Shown here in pieces: positions 57,437 through 64,000 of a stretch of DNA of 64,000 bases. Source of the stretch: Nitrospiria bacterium (lineage in GTDB: Bacteria > Nitrospirota > UBA9217); the NCBI GenBank assembly GCA_919901555.1, contig CAKKPG010000052.1, positions 11,951-75,950 on the forward strand. Direction: 5' to 3'. Position 1 is the stretch's first letter; the number at the start of each line of letters is the position of its first letter. The notes below the pieces were generated by a model. That model was not told the origin of the DNA. It ran no database searches and saw only the letters and a program-made list of their open reading frames with translations. The position numbers and the translations under genes are program-made.

Positions 57437-58297
57437 TTACGTGACCTGCTCGTTCTCTTCCCTTTCGGACACATCCCTGCCGGGCTCGCGCATTTCCTCG
57501 TTCCGAAAGCGCATCTGCTCCTCCATGACAAGGGAGGTAAGCTCTTTCTGAAGGCTGATGAATTGGGGTGAGCTCACATCGCGGGGGCGGTAAAGTTCTA
57601 CGGGAACGATCTGCTTGATCGTGCCGGGCCGGTAGGTCATCACCACCACGCGGTCGGCAAGATAGATCGACTCCTCGATGCCGTGGGTAACGAAGATGAT
57701 CGTTTTCTTGAACTCCAGCCAGATTCGCAGCAGTTCATCCTGCATCGTGCGGCGGGTCAGGGCATCGAGGGCGCCGAAGGGCTCATCCATCAGCATCATG
57801 GGCGGATCAAGCGCCAGCACCCGGGCGATAGCCACGCGCTGCTTCATGCCGCCGGAGAGGTCCTTGGGAAAGCGGTCCCGGAACTCAAGGAGCTGAAGCT
57901 TCGTCAGCAGTGTATCCACCTTTTCCCTGATCGTCTGCTTCGGCAGCTTTTTGATCTCGAGGCCGAACGCGATGTTCTCCGCCACCGTCATCCAGGGGAA
58001 CAGGGCGTATTCCTGAAACACCATCCCCCGGTCCGGCCCGGGCAGGGCCACCTCCTCGCCATTTGCATACACCTTGCCTGATGTCGGCAGGGAAAAACCG
58101 GCGATGGCATTCAGAAGTGTTGACTTGCCGCACCCGGAAGGCCCCAGAATGACAACAAACTCGCCGCTATAGATCGTGAGGTTGATCTCCTTGAGGGCGA
58201 TGACCTCTTTATCCCCGCTGCTGAAAACCTTATCAACGTTTTTAATAATTACTTGCGGAGAACGGGAAAGTATGTTTTTCGCGTCGTTCAAATTCAA
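57437..58297 (-). CDS. NitT/TauT ABC transporter ATP-binding protein
   Basis: GPSGCGKS, VFQEYALFPW, LSGGMKQR, DEPFGALD. Confidence 0.9.
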   Translation of the reverse strand: MNLNDAKNILSRSPQVIIKNVDKVFSSGDKEVIALKEINLTIYSGEFVVILGPSGCGKSTLLNAIAGFSLPTSGKVYANGEEVALPGPDRGMVFQEYALFPWMTVAENIAFGLEIKKLPKQTIREKVDTLLTKLQLLEFRDRFPKDLSGGMKQRVAIARVLALDPPMMLMDEPFGALDALTRRTMQDELLRIWLEFKKTIIFVTHGIEESIYLADRVVVMTYRPGTIKQIVPVELYRPRDVSSPQFISLQKELTSLVMEEQMRFRNEEMREPGRDVSEREENEQVT

Positions 58298-58306
58298 TAC
58301 CTTCTT

Positions 58307-58454
58307 TAACAGGTTGTTGAAAAACGATTTTACCGTCTTTTTCCGTCATTCCCGCGCAGGCGGGAAACCAGGGTTCTCAAACCGTTACTGGATCCCCGTT
58401 TTCACGGGGATGACGACTTGAACTGTCAAGAATGACTTTTTCAACAGCCTGCTA
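58307..58454. mobile_element. Nested miniature element: outer inverted repeats enclosing a REP-like pair
   Basis: TAACAGGTTGTTGAAAAA / TTTTTCAACAGCCTGCTA (2 mismatches) around GTCATTCCCGCGCAGGCGGGAA...GATCCCCGTTTTCACGGGGATGAC. Confidence 0.7.
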
Positions 58455-58477
58455 AGACTCGGATTTTTACGAATGCG

Positions 58478-59302
58478 TCACTCATGCCCGCTGTGCCACC
58501 GGAGCAGATGGTGATTGATCCTGCTCATGGCCGTATCAATGGTCAGCCCTAACAGGCCGATGGTGATCATGCCGGCAATGATCTTGTCCGACCAGAGAAA
58601 CTCCCTTGCCTCGAGAATGCGGTAGCCGAGACCGCTATTCACCGCGATCATTTCAGCCACGATCACGACGATAAAGGCCACGCCGACCCCCACGCGAAGG
58701 CCCGTAAGAATGTACGGCATCGCTGCGGGGAGAATGATGCGCAGGAACAGGGTATGGCCGTTTGCACCCAGGTTCCTCGCGGCACGGATAAGCAGCCGGT
58801 CCACATGACGGACCCCGGAAATGGTATTCATCAGCACCGGGAAAAAAGCGCCGAGGCTGATCAGGAAAAACGCCGGCGGATTGCCGAGCCCGAACCAGAG
58901 GATGGCGAGTGGGATATAGGCAATGGGAGGTATGGGCCTCAGTATCTGGATCAGGGGATTGAACAGACGGTAGATAAAGGTACTGGCCCCCATAAGAAGA
59001 CCGAGCACCAGGGCAGGTATTGCGCCGATTGCAAAGCCCCCCAACACGCGCATACTGCTGGCAAGGGCATCATGGGGCAACTCGCCGGAAAAGAACCAGG
59101 CAATAAAATTTGTTTTTCCTGCATCGTAAGGCTCATGGGGCCGGGCGTAATCGATCCACCGGAAAAAGACCCGGGACGGGGCCGGGAGTATATGCGGGCT
59201 GATAATGCCTTGCCGGGCAAGCGTCTCCCAGAGGGCCAGAAGGAAGACCGGCAAGAGGATCGCATACAACAGCTTCGTGAGAAAGGAAGGTCTGTTTTTC
59301 AT
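58478..59302 (-). CDS. NitT/TauT ABC transporter permease
   Basis: RPIPPIAYIPL, AARNLGA EAA-like loop. Confidence 0.9.
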   Translation of the reverse strand: MKNRPSFLTKLLYAILLPVFLLALWETLARQGIISPHILPAPSRVFFRWIDYARPHEPYDAGKTNFIAWFFSGELPHDALASSMRVLGGFAIGAIPALVLGLLMGASTFIYRLFNPLIQILRPIPPIAYIPLAILWFGLGNPPAFFLISLGAFFPVLMNTISGVRHVDRLLIRAARNLGANGHTLFLRIILPAAMPYILTGLRVGVGVAFIVVIVAEMIAVNSGLGYRILEAREFLWSDKIIAGMITIGLLGLTIDTAMSRINHHLLRWHSGHE

Positions 59303-59512
59303 CTGAAAATGCTTTTCTCCAAAGCTCTTCGATTATTAAGCCCCCTCTCCCTTTGTCCCTCTCCCTCAAGGGGAGAGGGGTAGGGGTGAGGGTCTTCCAT
59401 GATGGAAGAATTCAAAGATGAGGGTGATGATAAGGTGGCCGGATGACTACCGATTTTCATCTCCCTTTGTGAACGCAGTTCATGTACGTTTCATGGAACA
59501 CACACTCCGTGC

Positions 59513-60478
59513 TTATTTCACCTTCAGTTCCTTTTTTGCCTTTTCCAAAAGGTCCAGTTTCACATAGTCCTTTGCTGCCGGCGGTTTGGCCATTTTCCCG
59601 ATGCCGTATTTCACCATCATGTCCGTGGAGACCTGCACCTGCTGCACGGTCACATCATAGGTGAAGCTTGAGTTATCGATGGCATCGTGATAATCCTCGG
59701 CAGTCAGCTGGCCTTTAAACATCTTTTCCCGGACGTATTGTTCCGCCGCCTTCGGGTTGTCGATGAAATATTTCGTGGCCTCGACAAAACATTTCATGAA
59801 CCGTTTGGCAACGTCCTTCCTGGTGTTGTACATCGCCTCGGTCATGATCAGTGTCCGCACCGGCTCCCCGATGGGCGTATCATAGGGCTTGATGATCTCC
59901 ACGCCGAAGCCCTTGCTGATCGCCTGCGTGGACTGCGGCTCCGACTGGCACATGGCGTCGATATTCTTTGCCATCAGCGACTGGTTCATATCGGCATAGG
60001 CCATGTAGACGATTTGCACGTCCTTGTCCGATTTTTCCGAAAAGGTGAGATTATATTTCCCCAGTTCCGCCAGGAGGACCAGTTCCTGCGCCCCGCCGCG
60101 CGGAACGCCGACCTTTTTCCCCTTCAGGTCGGCCACCGAGTTCCACTTCACGTCGGACCGTCCGACAATGCGCGCCCCGCCTTTGGCAAACCCCGCCACG
60201 ATCACAATGGGGACATTGCCGGCGCGGGCGGCAATGGCCCCATCCACCGCGCTGGCGGCAACATCGATCTCTCCTGCAATAATTGCCGGAATAATGTCGA
60301 TCCCTTTGGGGAACACGCTCTCCTTGATCTCGAGATTATATTTCGGGGCTATTTCCTTCATGTACCAGACGGCGCCGTAGTGGGCGAACTTCAAGGTCCC
60401 CAGACGGACCACATCCGCGGCAGAAGCGGAAGAAACCCCGACCATTACCAGCAAAAAGCAAAGCAGCGTTTTTTTCAT
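59513..60478 (-). CDS. NitT/TauT ABC substrate-binding protein
   Basis: Signal peptide from MKKTLL with GAGG RBS; DLKGKKVG; SEP. Confidence 0.88.
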   Translation of the reverse strand: MKKTLLCFLLVMVGVSSASAADVVRLGTLKFAHYGAVWYMKEIAPKYNLEIKESVFPKGIDIIPAIIAGEIDVAASAVDGAIAARAGNVPIVIVAGFAKGGARIVGRSDVKWNSVADLKGKKVGVPRGGAQELVLLAELGKYNLTFSEKSDKDVQIVYMAYADMNQSLMAKNIDAMCQSEPQSTQAISKGFGVEIIKPYDTPIGEPVRTLIMTEAMYNTRKDVAKRFMKCFVEATKYFIDNPKAAEQYVREKMFKGQLTAEDYHDAIDNSSFTYDVTVQQVQVSTDMMVKYGIGKMAKPPAAKDYVKLDLLEKAKKELKVK

Positions 60479-60518
60479 TACGTTCCTCCTTGTTAATAGA
60501 ATCGTTCGTAACGCGTCC

Positions 60519-60670
60519 CAACCCGGACAAGCCCCACTCAAGAGGGGACAGGCCGGAACCAAAACTTGCCACAAAGACACGAAGGCACGAAGAGATGCCT
60601 GAGTGTTTTCGTGGTTTGATTAACTCGATAATTTTAAGGATGTTCTTTGTGTCTTGGTGCCTTCGTGGCT
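60519..60670. repeat. Composite intergenic element with CACGAAG periodic inverted arms
   Basis: ACCCGGACAAGCC leader; GCCACAAAGACACGAAGGCACGAAG...CTTTGTGTCTTGGTGCCTTCGTGGC. Confidence 0.65.
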
Positions 60671-60704
60671 GATTTTTGTCTCCATCTTCGAAAAGAATTT
60701 GACC

Positions 60705-61277
60705 CTAACCCACGATCAATTCATCGAGCGAGCGCTTAGGCACATGGTGGACGCCTTGAGCGTCCCTCCAATATTTGATGTCCCCTGCAGGGCAGACCGG
60801 CTCGATCACCACAGTCTCTTTGGGCCTGCCGAGAGCGATCACCAGAAGGACCTCGAAGTGATCCGGTATCGCCAGTGCCTGGCTCAGGGCCGGCTTCTGG
60901 ATCGTCGCTATGATACAGCCACCCAGACCCTTCTCCGTGGCACCCAGCAGGATGCTTTGCGCCGCGATGCCGTGATCGCAGCCGAAGGACGGCTTTATTC
61001 TCTTGTCTCCCAGGAGAATAATGTACGCAGCGGGCCGCTCGCCCTCCGCAGGCCCGGGCCAATCCTTCAGATAGGCAGCCCACCCTAAGTGCGGGAAGAT
61101 CAGGGCATTCCGGGAAATATCACCGGACAACATGAACTTCAACGGCTGCACATTGCCGCCGGTCGCGGAAAGCCTGGCGAGATCGACCAGTTCCTTCAGG
61201 GTCTCCACGCTCACGCTTACGTTCTGATGGAAGCGCCGGTAGCTCCTGTTTCTCAAGACAAGTTCTTTCATCAACAT
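60705..61277 (-). CDS. Nitroreductase family protein
   Basis: RSYRRF, SATGGNVQP, GIAAQSILL.A...GLGGC, VPKR. Confidence 0.9.
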   Translation of the reverse strand: MLMKELVLRNRSYRRFHQNVSVSVETLKELVDLARLSATGGNVQPLKFMLSGDISRNALIFPHLGWAAYLKDWPGPAEGERPAAYIILLGDKRIKPSFGCDHGIAAQSILLGATEKGLGGCIIATIQKPALSQALAIPDHFEVLLVIALGRPKETVVIEPVCPAGDIKYWRDAQGVHHVPKRSLDELIVG

Positions 61278-61465
61278 AGAAGACCTCATCTCTGCGGCTT
61301 AATAATTGATTATACGGTTTTGGGGAGTATATCAAAATTGAAGGGAAAAGGGAATCAAAAGAAGTTCAAGAATAGTTGCAGGACAAGTAATGAAAAAACG
61401 ATGAGAGAGCAGGCTACAAGTCGATCTTTCAGTCGGACCCCATACGCGGTGACCCCAGGATATGC

Positions 61466-62098
61466 TCACCGCCGGGTGACCAGCAGCGTGCGCCGGTCCC
61501 CGTTCTCCGCCGCGTGCTTCACCTGGGTCCCGCATCCCTCGCCGTACACCAGCTCGATCGCCTCGACAAAACCGGGGCTCAGACTGCGCGAACCCGGCGC
61601 TTTCCGGGCATTGCAGTCGAACAGAAATGCATCGTTGATCATGGCGAGGACCTCATCGCCTTCCGAGAAGTGCATGGGCCAGAGCAGGCAGACCTTCGGC
61701 TTCACCTGCTCCAGGGGCAAGCCGAGCGTCACTGCGACGGTGTGCAGGGAGCAGTGGATCCGGTGATGGGACCAGTAGGCGAAGAGGCAGAGGCCGTCCT
61801 CGGTCGTGTCGATGGAAAAAAGCCCGGGTTCCTCTTCCTCGAACACGTTGTCGTATCCCCCGACGGCCAGAAGATGGGGGCAGAGCTTGGCAGCCTCGGG
61901 CAGAACCTTGATGATCCTCTTCAGCTCCATGGTGGTAACACAGACCTCGTACGACGAGCAGCAGCACCGCTCGCCCTTGGCGCAGCCGTTGCAGCGGTTC
62001 TCGATCGACAGGAGCGACTCGACGTCGACCTCCACGCTGCTGCGCTGATGCTGCGGCTGTCGCTTCTGACGGCGATTTTCCGGACCATATGATCGCAT
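61466..62098 (-). CDS. Cys-rich protein, DUF3109/YkgJ-like
   Basis: CNGC...CC...CLF...CSLH...KPKVCLLWP; start uncertain (62098 or 62035). Confidence 0.65.
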   Translation of the reverse strand: MRSYGPENRRQKRQPQHQRSSVEVDVESLLSIENRCNGCAKGERCCCSSYEVCVTTMELKRIIKVLPEAAKLCPHLLAVGGYDNVFEEEEPGLFSIDTTEDGLCLFAYWSHHRIHCSLHTVAVTLGLPLEQVKPKVCLLWPMHFSEGDEVLAMINDAFLFDCNARKAPGSRSLSPGFVEAIELVYGEGCGTQVKHAAENGDRRTLLVTRR

Positions 62099-62103
62099 AG
62101 GCG

Positions 62104-62412
62104 TCAAGGAGAGCTTGGGGAGGTTGTCGGAGGCTTCGAGGCTTTCGTCCTTGAGCCAGAAAATATCAAGGCTGGCTTTGTCGTGCGGCTGACAGGCTCC
62201 TGCTCCGCGCTCCGCACAAAGGAACCGCACGACCCGCAGTGGATGGTCATGGTTACGATGGTTTTCTTCCCTCCCGCCGCCCCTTTCTCCTCGCGCTCAT
62301 ACCGGATTCCCTGCATGGTCTGAACAGACCTGCACGCAGGACAGAACTCTACGACAGAACAAGCATGTGATAGCATCTTCATACAGTACTCCGCACACTG
62401 GGGCGCCGTCAC
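62104..62412 (-). CDS. Small putative zinc-ribbon protein; C-terminus possibly altered by the hsdM-like fragment
   Basis: CPAC...CGSC; start overlaps the toxin stop. Confidence 0.4.
   Translation of the reverse strand: MTAPQCAEYCMKMLSHACSVVEFCPACRSVQTMQGIRYEREEKGAAGGKKTIVTMTIHCGSCGSFVRSAEQEPVSRTTKPALIFSGSRTKASKPPTTSPSSP
62116..62186 (-). pseudogene. Fragment resembling the C-terminus of type I R-M methyltransferase HsdM
   Basis: Encodes DKASLDIFWLKDESLEASDNLP, a motif I recognise from HsdM C-termini; no upstream part of the gene. Confidence 0.6.
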
Positions 62413-62708
62413 GGCATTCTCAGGAGTCTTTCACTTCGCCAGATACGGACAATGCGCACTTTATTCTTGCCATGACGATAAACGATCCGAAAAGGCGGGT
62501 AGATGATCTCTCGCAGATGTTCGACATGTAACTCAGGCACGACGCGGCCGCTCAGCGGATGCGCGCTTAAGCGCTCGACCTTGGAAATGATCTCAGCAAG
62601 AAGCCTATTCCCCGCCTCAGGCGCCCCTTCGCCTGAGTAGTACGCCTGCATGTCCTCAAGGTCCTTGATCGCGGACGCGGCAAACGTTATCTGAGCGTTC
62701 CCGGCCAT
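62409..62708 (-). CDS. RelE/ParE family toxin
   Basis: A..DLE...HPLSGRVVPE...REII..PFRIVY. Confidence 0.88.
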   Translation of the reverse strand: MAGNAQITFAASAIKDLEDMQAYYSGEGAPEAGNRLLAEIISKVERLSAHPLSGRVVPELHVEHLREIIYPPFRIVYRHGKNKVRIVRIWRSERLLRMP

Positions 62709-62711
62709 CGA

Positions 62712-62981
62712 CTACTTCAGACCAAGGCGTTTTTTTGCCTCGCTCAGTGATATCTCGCGGCCTTCTTCCAGGTCCATCAGCCCCTTCACCACTCCCTGCA
62801 TAAAGGCGCGCTGTTCGGTTTCTTCCTCATAATCCTTGAGCGACTGGACCACGGCCACCCCCCGGCCCCTGCTCGTGAGCAAGATAGGCCGGTGCGTCTC
62901 ATTAACGTGCGAGACCACCTTGCCGGGATTCACCTTCAGGTCACTGAGCGAGATGATGTCCTCGGAAAATTTGATGGTCAT
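62712..62981 (-). CDS. Phd/YefM family antitoxin
   Basis: DIISLSDLK.NP...RPILLTSRGRGVAV; AAGGAGG RBS. Confidence 0.88.
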   Translation of the reverse strand: MTIKFSEDIISLSDLKVNPGKVVSHVNETHRPILLTSRGRGVAVVQSLKDYEEETEQRAFMQGVVKGLMDLEEGREISLSEAKKRLGLK

Positions 62982-63392
62982 AAAGACCTCCTTACTGGTA
63001 TTGTTAACAGGTCTCATTATAGCACTTATTAGATGGACTGTCTATAGGCCGTGCGGGAGACCTACTCTTTCTTCGTGTCTAAATCAGCCGCGATCTCCCG
63101 GAACTGCTCCAATCCCTTCTCTCTGTCTTTACTTTGAACGACGAACTCCGAACTCTGAACTTTTTAGTTATTGGGCGATGACGTCGGGATCGGAGAGGCA
63201 TTACAAATGTTAATTCCGTAGCCTGACCGCCGACTGCCCCTTTGTCAAGGATCGAGAAGTGACCCAATAGCCCTATGAGAGAAGCTCTCTGTCTTCGCAA
63301 AACAGTGTCAACCGTCTATGCTGATCTTTAATTTTTTGTATTTGCTCGGCACGAGCGCGAATCTTGGGGTAAATCTTCATTTTCTTCATAGG

Positions 63393-63803
63393 TTAAGCGC
63401 GGCGCATGAGTCTTTGCAGGTCCGCATCGAAGGTAAAGAGATGGTCTCCGCCGGCTAAAGTCTTTGCGCATAAAATACAGTCTACGATGTCAAGGCCATG
63501 TTCAGAGAACAGAGTCAACGCCCGGATGAGTTCCTGCTGGTCGTCATTCGCTATCCCCTTATAGCGCAGGACGTCGATAAGACTCCCGGCGGCCCGGTCC
63601 CGAGGAACTTTGTAGATCTTCGTCAGGACATAAATGCATTCGGCGATGACGCTTTCAAGGATGACGGCCTTGACGCCGCCGTGCTTCACCTTGTCAAAGA
63701 ATTCCTTCGCCTTCGTATGCAGGATGGGATCATCTGCGACGAGATAGCGGACGATGGTGTTGGTATCAGGCAGACTTCTTGCCGGTTTTTTCACGGGCTG
63801 CAA
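63393..63803 (-). CDS. PIN domain (VapC-like) toxin
   Basis: DTNTIVRYL...E...D.VD...TFD. Confidence 0.85.
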   Translation of the reverse strand: MQPVKKPARSLPDTNTIVRYLVADDPILHTKAKEFFDKVKHGGVKAVILESVIAECIYVLTKIYKVPRDRAAGSLIDVLRYKGIANDDQQELIRALTLFSEHGLDIVDCILCAKTLAGGDHLFTFDADLQRLMRRA

Positions 63804-64000
63804 CCTCCCACGCTTTGTCTTTCATCTGCCTCATGGAGGCGCCCGGCTTGACGTTCCCGGCGTATTCGCGGAGAGAGCCCGCCGCGTCCCGCACCGGTTT
63901 CACCATAACAGTGTCATCCTCCACCTCGAAATAGACGGCATTGGACTGAAGTACCTCTCGAATTTCCTTCGGGATCGTCACCTGTCCCTTCCGCGTGATC
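63766..64000 (-). CDS. AbrB/MazE/SpoVT antitoxin (5' end outside the window)
   Basis: ITRKGQVTIPKEIRE; overlaps the PIN gene. Confidence 0.82.
   Translation of the reverse strand, partial: ITRKGQVTIPKEIREVLQSNAVYFEVEDDTVMVKPVRDAAGSLREYAGNVKPGASMRQMKDKAWEVAAREKTGKKSA

Noticed and set aside
57437-60478. ABC importer as a nitrate transporter
   Set aside because: NitT/TauT family membership does not specify the substrate, and it lies far from the N-oxide island
1-64000. tRNA, rRNA, riboswitch, integrase or transposase genes
   Set aside because: None recognised by eye; a covariance-model search would be needed to exclude small RNAs

Overview
GC-rich bacterial chromosomal window, probably from an anaerobe of the Nitrospirota/Desulfobacterota type (inferred from gene content only). 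About 5-33 kb is a dense nitrogen-oxide respiration island. It holds a c-heme sensor/OmpR two-component pair and an operon joining an octaheme nitrite reductase (CxxCK, Tyr-x-Cys) to a NapM-like tetraheme cytochrome and napADGH, with no napB or napC. It also holds two different cNOR (norCB) operons with diheme NorC, a cytochrome c'-like protein, a sigma54-preceded nrfHA and globin-PsiE/CBS/HPP genes. A rubredoxin and a NarX-type sensor kinase linked to an HD-GYP phosphodiesterase complete the island. Five copies of TATGA(C/T)-N4-(G/A)TCATA sit 21-22 bp upstream of -10 boxes and define a Crp/Fnr-type regulon. The rest of the window holds a TetR-TolC-HlyD-ABC efflux operon, rtcB-archease, amrS, small multiheme cytochromes, ntrC-like/ppx/NFACT/queE/mltD, a hybrid kinase, a NitT/TauT ABC importer and two toxin-antitoxin pairs. 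Intergenic DNA carries many miniature elements: an IS66-like MITE with an 8-bp TSD, 7-bp-periodic palindromic elements (one translated in frame inside a kinase), REP-like hairpins and gene-fragment scars. All calls come from reading the sequence by eye; no database search was run.
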